A DNA stretch of 63,870 nucleotides, counting the filler, from Octopus bimaculoides (Eukaryota): the NCBI RefSeq assembly GCF_001194135.2. It is 5 parts of 5 records of this genome, joined end to end, with 100 filler letters (N's around TTAATTAATTAA, not from the genome) between each part and the next. Parts side by side here need not be neighbours in the genome. Positions count along the whole stretch, not along the records: positions 47,399 to 49,783 come from NC_068981.1; positions 49,884 to 62,579 come from NC_068986.1; 3 more parts are not named here. One strand, 5' to 3'. This document shows, piece by piece, positions 49,754 to 62,289 of the stretch (position 1 is the stretch's first letter; every line of letters begins with the position of its first letter). A program made the position numbers and the translations under genes. The notes under the pieces were generated by a model. The model did not search any database. It saw only the letters and a list, made by a program, of their open reading frames with translations, and was not told the DNA's origin.

Positions 49754-51251
49754 TTAATATATATATATATATATATATATATANNNNNNNNNNNNNNNNN
49801 NNNNNNNNNNNNNNNNNNNNNNNNNNNTTAATTAATTAANNNNNNNNNNNNNNNNNNNNNNNNNNNNNNNNNNNNNNNNNNNNTATAATTTTACCGAAAG
49901 CGAGGGAATGCAACTTTCAAAAATTAATCTCCTAAAAACATTTAGCTTAACGGCAAACCACTGGTTTTTCAATTAATACAGCAAAAACTGTGAAGTAAGC
50001 TGCATCTTTTGTTCATCAGTACACGTATGTTCATCAGTACACGTCCTGACATTTCTGTATTGCACTGATTTTGGAGGAATATATTCAAACAACATCTGTA
50101 TAATTTATGCATCAAATTTAATCACCCAAAGGGAGCCAGTAGTGTTTAGCCTCAGGCGTCAGATTTTGAGGTACTAGTGTTGAACGTGCGACAGCCAGAT
50201 GATCCAGGACATAAATCTCAGTATTCGTTTCTCTTTTCAGCAGATTAAGAAGAGTTTCCATGTAAAATTTGAGTTTTCTATATCAATAACCACTCCTGGT
50301 CTCTCCCAGTTGATTTCCCGTTCGGTAGTTTTGCAACAACTGTCACGAAAGTCTTACTGTTCATATAAGTTTCAGGAGAGAGTTTTAGATAGGGTTCACT
50401 CAATAGCTCATCTGACCACATTGCATCTCCGTTGAGTTGTTTGTTTGCATTCCAGTCCCCACCCCCAAATTACTCTAGATCAACCAGAAGGGTATCCATT
50501 ATCTTGACGGTATGACCTTTCATACTGCGATACATCGCTTATGGATTATTGGCAAACTTGTGACTGATGGCTATTCGCTTCAGTTTGATTTTTTTATATA
50601 CGCATATAACAAAATTGTTCACTTACTACCCGTAGCTCGCTAGTGTGTTTTGTCGATAGTTCCCAGATACATTAAATAAGCCAAAATAAAATTGCAGCTG
50701 ATGGTTCGTGAATTTATTATTCACATTGCACTTAATAATATCTCGCTATCCAACAATTTCCTGACTCTATCAATAAGTGTCTGGAGGGAGATAATCTATT
50801 TTGGTTGTCTTTTTCTCGCTGTGATCGATCTCTGCTAGTCCCATCTGTAGCCGAATTGTAATCGTAGAACAATATAGCTGAACATTCACTCTCCAAAATG
50901 TTAGGATCTTCAATCTCAGATAATAGGTTTTTTGCTGTTTGATCCATTGCGGATAGCTTTAGGTCGGTCAGTCGGTTTTCTATCGATTAGTGTGGTCAGT
51001 GTTCTCTCATGTAATCGTTTGTAAAGTAGATGGTGAAGGTTTGTTAGAATTTTAAGCGTTCTTTCTGCCGTTTGTATTCTTCACTCAATACTTCTGTTGG
51101 TTCCTTATCGGTCACTGCACGCTCGAGTAACGGCAGCATTTTCGTTTTAGTTTTACTGTTAACTCATTGCTCATTATCCGCGTTGTTTACCATTTTCTCA
51201 GAAGAATTCACCGGCCCAGTATTTGCTGTGCAGATAACATCTAATTATTTA

Positions 51252-51404
51252 AAGTAGTTGTCAGCTTAATGTGACAGTCCCATGAAGGGAATAATACTAC
51301 TGTTGTTTAGACCTAGGAAGCAGTGCAGTTTCCTAGGGCTAAATAGCAGTAGTATGATTCCCTTCATAGGACTGTCACATTAAGTTGACAGCATACAACT
51401 ACTT
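51252..51404. mobile_element. ~150-bp hairpin MITE-like element
   Basis: Arms of about 68 bp (AAGTAGTTGTCAGCTTAATGTGACAGTCCCATGAAGGGAAT...CCTAGGAA / TTCCTAGG...ATTCCCTTCATAGGACTGTCACATTAAGTTGACA...ACAACTACTT) with a 10-nt loop. Confidence 0.8.
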
Positions 51405-51566
51405 CAACGTATCACTACTGCATAAATCTCTCTGAAAGATTTAGAAATATACTATTTCTAATCTAATCTTTTCCCAACAAAAGTTACCTGTTTTCATACC
51501 TGAAGTGCAAGTAGTTCGGAATAGTTTAGATCCCAATCAGTCTTCATCCTTTTCATATAACCTTAA

Positions 51567-51878
51567 GTTAATCGAGTTTCATCATGCGACCCGTTGATCG
51601 AATTCCACCAAGTGGACTGTTAATCGAATATTATCAAGAAGGTAGTTGATCGAATTTCATTACATGGTCGATTGAACGGATTTCATTTCGTGCGTATTTG
51701 ATTAAATTTCACCGAGTAAACAGTTGAGCAAATTCTATCACACGATCAGCTGATCGAATCCCATCGACTGGGTAGGAGATCGAATTGCATCGAACGGTTT
51801 GTTGATCAAATTTGATCAAGTGAGTTGTTAATTAAGTTTCGTCAAGCAACCAGTTGACTAAATATCGTCAAAAATACA
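51567..51878. repeat. 12-unit degenerate tandem array with an exact 26-bp period
   Basis: Units start at 51567, 51593, 51619 ... 51853 with no indels. Conserved core is about GTTGATCGAATTTCATC, followed by 9 variable nt. Confidence 0.9.
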
Positions 51879-52166
51879 TACATACATACATGGGAGATTT
51901 CAATTTTTTTCTTTCCAAGTACCATCATTTTTAGATGCGAACATCACTTCGTCAAAGAGCAGCAACGTCGGAGCACGCAGCTGTGTGGGGTATCGCGACT
52001 GCCCCACCACCTATGGGGCAGTCTTTCACAATATTGTCTTTCACAATAACGGAAATTGCAGAAGTGGCCCTATTTCTTTTTTACAGACAAGCGCAGCAAT
52101 GACAACGACCACTTTAGAAAAATTCCGTTGTTTGTTTGTAGTTCTACGAAGACAAGTACACGCACG

Positions 52167-52213
<47 letters not shown>

Positions 52214-53699
52214 NNNNNNNNNNNNNNNNNNNNNNNNNNNNNNNNNNNNNNNNNNNNNNNNNNNNNNNNNNNNNNNNNNNNNNNNNNNNNNNNNNNNNNN
52301 NNNNNNNNNNNNNNNNNNNNNNNNNNNNNNNNNNNNNNNNNNNNNNNNNNNNNNNNNNNNNNNNNNNNNNNNNNNNNNNNNNNNNNNNNNNNNNNNNNNN
52401 NNNNNNNNNNNNNNNNNNNNNNNNNNNNNNNNNNNNNNNNNNNNNNNNNNNNNNNNNNNNNNNNNNNNNNNNNNNNNNNNNNNNNNNNNNNNNNNNNNNN
52501 NNNNNNNNNNNNNNNNNNNNNNNNNNNNNNNNNNNNNNNNNNNNNNNNNNNNNNNNNNNNNNNNNNNNNNNNNNNNNNNNNNNNNNNNNNNNNNNNNNNN
52601 NNNNNNNNNNNNNNNNNNNNNNNNNNNNNNNNNNNNNNNNNNNNNNNNNNNNNNNNNNNNNNNNNNNNNNNNNNNNNNNNNNNNNNNNNNNNNNNNNNNN
52701 NNNNNNNNNNNNNNNNNNNNNNNNNNNNNNNNNNNNNNNNNNNNNNNNNNNNNNNNNNNNNNNNNNNNNNNNNNNNNNNNNNNNNNNNNNNNNNNNNNNN
52801 NNNNNNNNNNNNNNNNNNNNNNNNNNNNNNNNNNNNNNNNNNNNNNNNNNNNNNNNNNNNNNNNNNNNNNNNNNNNNNNNNNNNNNNNNNNNNNNNNNNN
52901 NNNNNNNNNNNNNNNNNNNNNNNNNNNNNNNNNNNNNNNNNNNNNNNNNNNNNNNNNNNNNNNNNNNNNNNNNNNNNNNNNNNNNNNNNNNNNNNNNATA
53001 AAAATCGATCGTGTTGAAAGTCTCTATCGTTTTTAAATATACAAATTTGAAACCTTGGAAATATAAACAATGAAAAGGATCCTTAAGGAATCTAATCAAT
53101 GATCCTTTGGGGTGAAGTCTTATGCTATATTGGTAACGATTACAAAATTTACTGGAAAATTATATATATATATATATATATATACATATTTATAAAAATA
53201 TACAGAGAAAGACAGGGGCAAACACACACACACACACATACACACACACATACACACACACACACACACACTGATGGACAGGTCGGCAAGTAGGTAAGAA
53301 GGAAGGCAAGCAGGCAGACCATCAGACGTGCTGACAGACAGACAGACAGACAGACAGATAGATAGATAGATAGATAGATAATTGTAGGAAGAGAGAAAGT
53401 GACAGTGTAGATGAACATATAAATAACCAACGCTAGACAAGCTCTGTGCGCCTGCGTTGGCGTGTGTTTGCCTACTTCAATAGCATTGCGATGCGGAATT
53501 CATGTAAAATGTTGGCTGTTTGAGAAAGACTTTCAACGTTTTGACGTAACGGAAGTATGTTTTTTCTCGCTGAGATTGATGATGTCTGAGACGTAGCATC
53601 TTATCGTGTCGCTACTTTATCGATTTGTGTGTCAGAATATTGCCAGAGACCTTCATGTTTGTATAATCTTCTTAGTTTACTGATACGCATATAGATGTA

Positions 53700-54928
53700 T
53701 TGGGTTGGCAACTAAGTTCCCGCCGTTTTTTTTTTTTAATATTGGAATTTATTGCGTTTTTTAAATTTTGGAATTTATTTTTTTCGAGAGTTCTATTTTT
53801 GAATCATTTTGGAATCTATTTGTTTTTTGTTTTTTTTGTTTTTTTTTTTGGGGGGGCNNNNNNNNNNNNNNNNNNNNNNNNNNNNNNNNNNNNNNNNNNN
53901 NNNNNNNNNNNNNNNNNNNNNNNNNNNNNNNNNNNNNNNNNNNNNNNNNNNNNNNNNNNNNNNNNNNNNNNNNNNNNNNNNNNNNNNNNNNNNNNNNNNN
54001 NNNNNNNNNNNNNNNNNNNNNNNNNNNNNNNNNNNNNNNNNNNNNNNNNNNNNNNNNNNNNNNNNNNNNNNNNNNNNNNNNNNNNNNNNNNNNNNNNNNN
54101 NNNNNNNNNNNNNNNNNNNNNNNNNNNNNNNNNNNNNNNNNNNNNNNNNNNNNNNNNNNNNNNNNNNNNNNNNNNNNNNNNNNNNNNNNNNNNNNNNNNN
54201 NNNNNNNNNNNNNNNNNNNNNNNNNNNNNNNNNNNNNNNNNNNNNNNNNNNNNNNNNNNNNNNNNNNNNNNNNNNNNNNNNNNNNNNNNNNNNNNNNNCC
54301 TGTACATAAATAGGAAGCAGCGTAGGGAATGGCTCAGCCCCGGTAAACAAGCGACACCGCACGTGAAACAAGATCTTCATCCTCGTAAAACGATGTTGTG
54401 CGTATGGTGGGATTGGGAAAAGATTATTCATTACGAATTGCTTGAACGGAACCAAACGGTCAACGCGGAACTCTATGTTCAACAGATGGAGCGACTCAAC
54501 ACGGCTATTCAAGAGAAAAGACCTAATCGGCAGCATGGAGTTCTTCTGCTGCACGACAACGTTCGTCCTCATATCGCCAATATGACCAAGGAAGCCATTC
54601 AAACGCATGGCTGGGAAATGCTGCCACACTCGCTGTTCTCTCCTGATTTGGTACCAACGGATTTCCACCTCTTTCGATCTTTTTCAAATGCTATGCGCGG
54701 AGTTTCGTTCAATATTGATGCAGATTTGAAAGCTTGGTTGGATCAATTTTTCGAGTCCAAATCGGGTGATTTCTACCAACGAGGTATTGAAAATCTTGTT
54801 GAACGTTGGGAAGAAGTTATAAACAACAAGGGTGAATACATTATTGATTAATTAGTTGTTATGTTTTATTAAACCTTAAAAAAAAATTTAAATTCAAAAA
54901 ATCAGCGTGAACTTATTTGCCAACCTAA
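53700..54928 (+). mobile_element. mariner (Tc1/mariner, DD34D) DNA transposon with both TIRs; interior partly in a gap
   Basis: Left end TA|TTGGGTTGGCAACTAAGTTCCCGCCG. Right end reverse-complements to TA|TTAGGTTGGCAAATAAGTTCACGCTG. TA target duplication at 53698-9 and 54929-30. About 1.23 kb including a 441-N gap. Confidence 0.93.
54300..54851 (+). pseudogene. mariner transposase, C-terminal catalytic part (open frame, motifs eroded)
   Basis: KTMLCVWWD, LLLHDNVRPH, FSPDLVPTDFHLF, with exactly 34 residues between the HDN Asp and the PTD Asp, ending GEYIID*. The canonical HPPYSPDLAPSD reads HSLFSPDLVPTD here. Confidence 0.9.
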
Positions 54929-55530
54929 TACAAACCGATATACACACACATATATACATATGCACCCACACATCTATAATAATAAATGCGAAATTTTGTC
55001 TGTCCATCTAGGACTCATGTATCTCAGTCTACATAGACATATTATACCTTTTGGAATCAGGATAATCCCGGAACTGAAAATCTGCCAGCATTGGGATCAG
55101 GTCTGGACGAGGATTTGTTATGTGCTAAGAGTTGAAAATTCAAATATTAAAAGAAATCAAAAAAGTTTTCAACTTACAAGTTTTTCATTTAAACTGAATT
55201 TAAGGTAATACCATATTGGTAGGGTACCAATAAAGGCTTTATTACTATTGCCCTTTTTAGCTTTGGGCCGTAGGCTCAATTAGACCTCCGCAGAAGCTAG
55301 TCTAATGGTCCACACAGATTACAGCTTTTAAGCTAGTATATAATATAATATAACATTAATATAATACGTATACCACACACACACACACCCAAAATAACAC
55401 AACAAGAATCAGAAAGTTTGGGAAAGATAGATTGGTGGATTAGTAAGAGCAGCATTTAAACATGCTGTAATATAGGCTGGATTAACTAATCCATTCACAT
55501 TATACATCTTCCATACGAAATCCATAAATA

Positions 55531-55914
55531 GTTGTTGGCACTCCGTCGCTTACGACGTCGAGGGTTCCAGTCGATCCGATCAACGGAAAAGCCTGCTCTT
55601 GAAATTAACGTGCATGTGGCTGACCACTCCACAGACACCTGTACCCTCAACGTAGTTCTCGGGGATATTCAGCATGACACAATTTGACAAGGCTGACTCT
55701 TTGAATTACAGGCACAACAGAAACAGGAAGTAAGAGTGAGAGAAAGTTGTGATGGAAGAGTACAGCAGGGTTCGCCACCAACCCCTGCCGGAGCCTCGTG
55801 GAGCTTTAGGTGTTTTCGCTCAATAAACACTCACAACGCCCGGTCTGGGAATCGAAACCGCGATCCTATGACCGCGAGTCCGCTGCCCTAACCACTGGGC
55901 CATTGCGCCTCCAC
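55531..55914 (-). mobile_element. tRNA-derived SINE family A, copy 3 (full length)
   Basis: A box TGGCCCAGTGG and B-box-like GGTTTCGATTCC; body matches copies 1 and 2. Confidence 0.92.
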
Positions 55915-57206
55915 ATAGTTACTGTATGGATAATAAGTTACTTCTGTATTTCACATAGAGGCGAGAGAAAAGGAATACATCATTTAATCTCAAGTATATC
56001 GATGTATGTAGCTGTGAACTTACAGAATCGTTAGTTCGTCGGGCAAAATGCTTGATTGCATTTTTTCTGGATCTTTACGTTCTGAGTTCAAATGCTGTCT
56101 ACGTTAATTTTGCTTTTCATCCCTTTGGAGCCGATAAAATGAAGTAGCAGTCAAGTTCTGCGTTCAATATAATTGACATGTCCCCTCTCCTCAAAATTCC
56201 TGGCTTTGAATCCTACAACGTTCAAGAGTCCCGTTCAGAGGGATGTTGTGATTTCGGTCATATTAAAGTATGCTTAAATGTGGTACTAATTCACCTCATC
56301 AGCACAGTAGTGCCTGCTTCCACCAAACTCTGTGATTCTTTATGATGCTGTTGAGGCTGTTGTTGTTGTTGTGGTTTAGACACAGCTAAATCTTGATTCA
56401 AGAGGGATGCTGTAGTCAAAATCGTGGATATTTAGTGATCTACAGAAATGTCTCGAAATTGTAGTTCATTCGATATAAATTAAGACATTTCATGTTCATC
56501 AGCTTTTACTTCGGATTACCTTCGGCCTCTTCTATTTTATTTGTATGATCCGCAGGAATGGGCCGTGCTCATCACTTTCGCAGGCCTTTGGAGAAAGTTG
56601 ACATCGACTTGAAGGACTTATTGAGAGGACTTTCGCTTTCAACAATTGATAGATAAAGAAATGCATGAATACGGAGAGATTTTCTGAAGGCCTACGTTCA
56701 AGGTTGAAAGACTGAGCATAATGGTTCAGTGTGGAACTAGTGGAGTAAGACACGCTAGGAGAAAATACGGAATGCGTAAAATAGTGATCCTAATACGGAG
56801 AGACAAAGAGAGAGGGAGAGGGAGAGAGAGAGAGAGAGAGAGAGGTGGGGAGAAAGTGACAAAGAAATAGATAAGAGGAAGACAAAAGCTGATTGGCAAA
56901 GAAACGTTAAGAAGAGTAAGAGAGGATGTTGGGAGGATATAGATTAACCGTTCCAAAATATTAATTTCAAAGATTAGCTCTCGTCTCAATATGCTGTTTC
57001 TAATTATTGACCCAGACTCTTCATTATTCTGCACGTTCACACAGAAATAGTTATTTTATTGTGTGCTTTATCACTAAAGATAGCTCACGTCCATGATTGT
57101 CTGGTGGTGATTTTGTTACTGTTGCAGCTGCTCGTGTTATTGTTTATTTACTTTTAGTGCTGTTCTTGAACTTGTTGCTCTTATCAGTTTTATGCAATTG
57201 AGATAA

Positions 57207-57436
57207 GTGTGGATGTGTGGTAAGTAGCTTACTTACCAACCACATGGTTCCGGGTTCAGTCCCACTGCGTGGCACTTTGGGTAAGTGTCTTCTGCTATAG
57301 CCATCCACCAAATTCAATCACAAGACATTGGTTGGCCAGGGTCTATAGAGGACACTTTCTCAAGGTGCCGCGCAGCGGGATTGAACCCGAACCGACACGG
57401 TTGTAAAGCAAACATCTTAATCACACAGCCATACCT
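57207..57436. mobile_element. Inverted pair of SINE family B heads (57207..57302 +, 57303..57436 -)
   Basis: The plus copy runs directly into a minus copy; roughly 70-75% complementary over about 90 nt (by eye). Confidence 0.8.
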
Positions 57437-58510
57437 AAGCTTATATCTATATTTTCCGAATTAAGGAATTTATTCTGTATCGAAATTGATTCATTCCGAT
57501 TTTGAGTTACTGTTGAAACAAGTTTCACTCCATTTGTGCCTTTTCCTTGAACATTACGGCTTCTGTTGTTTATCTGCTCTAGAAATTGCTAGATTCATGC
57601 TTGTCTAAGTGAGATAAGGAAAAACAAACCCTTTGTACTATGCCAAGTACTTTATGATTGCAAGCTTCAAAATAAATCTACGACTGGAAATGCATAAGCT
57701 GTTTTTGAGAAGAAGACAAAGAACGAACCAACTAGGGAGCCTCAACATAGTGGTTTGACCTACTTGAAATAAATGTAAAATCTTTCTCAACCACACGGTC
57801 ATAGCTGGAACGTCTTTGGGGATACAGATACTACAACACCGACTTTCCGGACACCTATGGTCTGGGACCTCTTATAATCCACACTAATTTACATTAATGT
57901 ACACGTACCTGTATTTCATTTGATTATTCAAGTAAATTCAATATTTCTTTAATTTAGAGTGCGTTGATCAAGGTGACCCATCCCTGATTCGGAAAATCTG
58001 TAATACGGAAATGTTTTGGAACAAAAGGTTTCGGAAAATCGATTTTGTGCTTATGTGTCTGCATGATCAGCGTTGACGTGGGAGATCGTAGAGAGCAACA
58101 GCAACAGAGGCAAGGAAAGAATATTCTAAATAAGACAAGATGACCTCAAAGAATAAATATTTTAAAGAAATATTATCTACAACACACACTTTACTGCTTC
58201 TATTTATCGATTTTGTGCTCGATTTTTACAAACAAAGCTTAGATACGAAATTATATTTACTAGACAAAGACATTTTTTTTAAACGGCCGCATATATTTGC
58301 ATATTTTCTTCGCGTATGAGTACTATAGCGTAGCGGTAAATTTAGGTTAAGTCGACTAAATGACAAGAGTTCAATTCGCAGTTAAGCCATTCCACTTAAT
58401 CTGTTTCTCCTACCTTACGATACTGAGTCGGTCAATGGTCACAGAATGTTACAATGAGCATTTTGGTGCGCCGCAGAGTTTAGGAATAAAATTTAAGAAA
58501 TTTATAATTA

Positions 58511-58663
58511 TGTGTGGTAAGTAGCTTGCTTACCAATCACATGGTTCCGGGTTCCTTCCCACTGCGTGGCACCTTGAGCAAGTGTCTTCTACTATAGCTT
58601 CGGGCAGACCAAAGACTTGTGAGTGGATTTGGTAGACGGAAATTGAAAAAAGTCCGTCGTATA

Positions 58664-58709
<46 letters not shown>

Positions 58710-58921
58710 TGGATATGTTTGTGTGTCTGTGTTTGTCCCCCCAGCATCGCTTGACAACTGATGGTGGTGTATTTACGTTCCCGTAACTTAGCTGTTCGGC
58801 AAAAAGAAACCGATAGAATAAGTACTAGGCTTACAAAGAATAAGTCCTGGGATCGATTTGCTCGACTAAAGACGGTGCTTCAGCATGGCCGCAGTCAAAT
58901 CACTGAAACAAGTAAAAGAGT
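58511..58921 (+). mobile_element. Composite tRNA-derived SINE family B/C: head, internal (TG)n, then 3' body
   Basis: GTGGTAAGTAGCTTGC...GGGTTC..TCCCACTGCGTGGCACCTTG.GCAAGTGTCTTC (CORE-like), then a TG tract, then the body ending GACTGAAACAAGTAAAAGAG-like. Confidence 0.9.
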
Positions 58922-60519
58922 AATTCTTTCTACTATAGGTACAAGGCCTAAACTTTTAGGGAAAGAAGCTAGTCGATTACATGGACCCCAGTACTTGACT
59001 AGAACTTTTTTTATCGACATTGAAAAGATAAAAGGTAAAGTCGATCTCTGCAGAATTTGAACTCAGAACATAATGAAACGGAAGAAATACCGCAAAGTAT
59101 TTCAGCCAACGTTCTAACGATTCTGCCAGCTCGCTGTCCTTTTTTTAAAGCAAGACTAATACCTCAGATTTCAGATAGCAAAATCTCAGCAAAATAGCAG
59201 AAGATAGCCTCCGGCCTTTATTAGACTGAGCAAAACTGCAAATATTTCTCTAAAATGTGGACATTATCCTTGTGTAGTCGGGCATTGTTGTAAAAAATAT
59301 ACCATTTCTAACGTTTTTTTGCGTTTTTCTCAAAATGACATTTCTGACTATGAGTAGCAATCTTTAGATCAAGATATCTCCAGGAACAATTGATGTAATA
59401 GGTTGAAATTTTGCATATGTATTACTTTGATGTTTGCCTAAATGCTACTCTAGTATGATTAGAGACACTTCATTTATTCATCTTCCAGAGACACTGGAAT
59501 GCTGCATCTGGCTATGAGCGACCCGACAACGAAATCTAGGCCAACTTCATCAATGTATTTAATTCAGCATCTAGTCTGTACCCCAATCTGTTTGTATTCC
59601 AAGTTAGAGCATATTATCTTTAATAGTTTGATAGAAAAATAGACCTCAAATAAAGGTATGTGTTGCTTTGTCGGTCATTTTGAATTTATAATTAGGTCAT
59701 GAATAAATAATATAGAAATTTGAATATTATGTCTTTTGATAGAACTAACATTGTTCGTGATTTATACCATATTTGGTTTGCCTGGGTTTTATCCCCGCCG
59801 AGTGAGAGCGTTTTCAATTTAGGAGTGTTTTCCTACTCCTGAGGTGTTAGTCTTGCCTTAATGGAAAACAGCTACTCGTGGGACTGGAACTATGCATTTC
59901 CTTTTGCCATGAAAAACATGTAAACCAATTACCACAAGGTAGCCTCCAATTTAAGAAATTTATAGGCTGTAAAAACGCCATGTTAATAGTGTTTGAAGGT
60001 CTAGAAAATATGTTCTTAATAATTTTGTTATTCACAGATATGGTTAATAAACACATTAAACAATACTTCCTGACTTTTACTTTTTATTTATTTCACTCAT
60101 TGGACTTCGGCCATGCTGGAGCACCACCTTGAATAGTTCATAGTCGAATTATTCGCCCCCCAGTGCTTATCTTTTTAAAGTGTGGTGCTCATGCTGCTTA
60201 ATCAATAGAATCAATAGAATATTGCTAATTCATTGATTTAAAATCGGATATTAGTGAAATTCTAAAGAATTCTAATTGAATTTGTTATTATTTTTATGAA
60301 ATAGTGCAGTTTTCTTTTCTTTTGTCATTAATAAAGGAAAATGAAAAGACGTGTATCCACACACACATACAAACATATATATATATATATACATTTTCTT
60401 TCTATAAACTCGGTGTACGAAACTGAAATAGCATTAAATCAGCTTAACCATCAGCTTACCATATTTAATGCATATATTTATATATATATATAGATATATA
60501 CCATTGAAAGTGTAATGCT

Positions 60520-60878
60520 GACCCCGAAAGGATGAAAGGCAAAGTCGATCTCGGCGGAATTTGAACTCAGAACGTAACGGCAGACGAACTACCGCTAAGC
60601 ATTTCGCCCGGCGTGCTAACGATTCTGCCAGCTCGCAGCCATGCTGATGCTAATAATATTCTTTTCTACTCTAGAGTACAAGGACCGAAATTTTCTGGCG
60701 AAAGGAGCCAGTCGATATGATCGACACCAGTATGTAAATGGTGCTTAATTTATCGACCCCCAAATGGATGAAAGGCAAAGTCGACCTCGGTGGAATTTGA
60801 ACTCAGAACATAAAGACGGACGAAACATCGGTAAGCATTTCGCCCGGCGTGCTAACGATTCTGCCAGCTCGCCGCCTC
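60520..60878 (-). mobile_element. Two tandem SINE family D copies (60520..60640 partial, 60655..60878 full)
   Basis: GATGAAAGGCAAAGTCGA.CTCGG.GGAATTTGAACTCAGAAC...CGCCCGGCGTGCTAACGATTCTGCCAGCTCGC occurs twice. Confidence 0.9.
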
Positions 60879-62198
60879 GTATTTAATGGATATTGTCAAA
60901 ACAATAATGCTACGGATTTAGTTAGGGTGCATCTGTTATTAATATATTAATGTACCTGTGTGCTTTTCTTATATATTTATATCTTGAATATTGATTGTAC
61001 ATTGTTACTGTTTATAGTTTTTAATGATTTTATGTACGTCCTTTCTTTCTCTCTCTCTCTCTTTCTTGTGTAGAGAAATATCTTCTTATTTATGTATTAC
61101 CAGATTTTATAACTATTTTTGTTTCTATTTTTTGATGTGAAGGAGGACCATGTATCTTTAATCTTTATTGCTGGTTTTATACATATACATACATATATAT
61201 ATATATATATGTGTGTGTGTGTATGTATATATATGTACAGACATATATATATATATACATATTTATCTATATATATATATACATATATCTATGTATAAGT
61301 ATATATATATATATATATATATATATATNNNNNNNNNNNNNNNNNNNNNNNNNNNNNNNNNNNNNNNNNNNNNNNNNNNNNNNNNNNNNNNNNNNNNNNN
61401 NNNNNNNNNNNNNNNNNNNNNNNNNNNNNNNNNNNNNNNNNNNNNNNNNNNNNNNNNNNNNNNNNNNNNNNNNNNNNNNNNNNNNNNNNNNNNNNNNNNN
61501 NNNNNNNNNNNNNNNNNNNNNNNNNNNNNNNNNNNNNNNNNNNNNNNNNNNNNNNNNNNNNNNNNNNNNNNNNNNNNNNNNNNNNNNNNNNNNNNNNNNN
61601 NNNNNNNNNNNNNNNNNNNNNNNNNNNNNNNNNNNNNNNNNNNNNNNNNNNNNNNNNNNNNNNNNNNNNNNNNNNNNNNNNNNNNNNNNNNNNNNNNNNN
61701 NNNNNNNNNNNNNNNNNNNNNNNNNNNNNNNATTCTTCACTACTCCTTCCTGTTTCTATGGAAACTATATTGTACTAAAACTCTTTCTATTTTTATTTCT
61801 AAACATTTATATTTCGAAAAATCTTTTTCCAACTTCTTTTATGTCAAAAAAAAAATGTCTGAAGACCACAAGATGTCTATTACTGTGCATGATTGTTTTG
61901 TTTTGCTTTGTTTTTGTTTTGCTTTTGTTTTTTTTTTGTTTTTTCTTTTCTTTCTTTTAAGATATTCTGTAACGATGTTTTCGTGTCTGTATGCTCAGTA
62001 ACGTCCCAGCATCGTTGTATCATATTTCCTTGGTGGGAACAGTTGCACAACCAACATGTTCTTTTTGTGTGTGCACCGTACAACACGGCTAGGTTTCTTC
62101 TTGTTTCACTGCTTCTCATTAGTCCCTTGACGCTAAAACTGTTGGCCTTGCATCAATATTTAACAACTACTGTTATCATCATCATCGTCATCATCTTC

Positions 62199-62230
<32 letters not shown>

Positions 62231-62289
62231 CATCATCAATTGATATAATCTACTAGTCCCACCTTTAATATTTCAGGCCTTGTGCCTAT

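Noticed and set aside
49948-50047. Minus-strand CTGATGA...GAAAAACCAGTGGTTT with a 17-bp direct duplication
   Set aside because: Position 17 would be G and no stem I can form, so it is not a supportable hammerhead, though it may be a decayed one.
51567-51878. CRISPR interpretation of the repeat-spacer-like array
   Set aside because: Spacers are only 9 nt, repeats are degenerate, the context is eukaryotic and there are no cas genes. Kept as a different kind of finding.
51985-53099. 300-350 aa ORFs (also 53768..54668 and 61168..62001)
   Set aside because: Length comes from N-runs translated as X.
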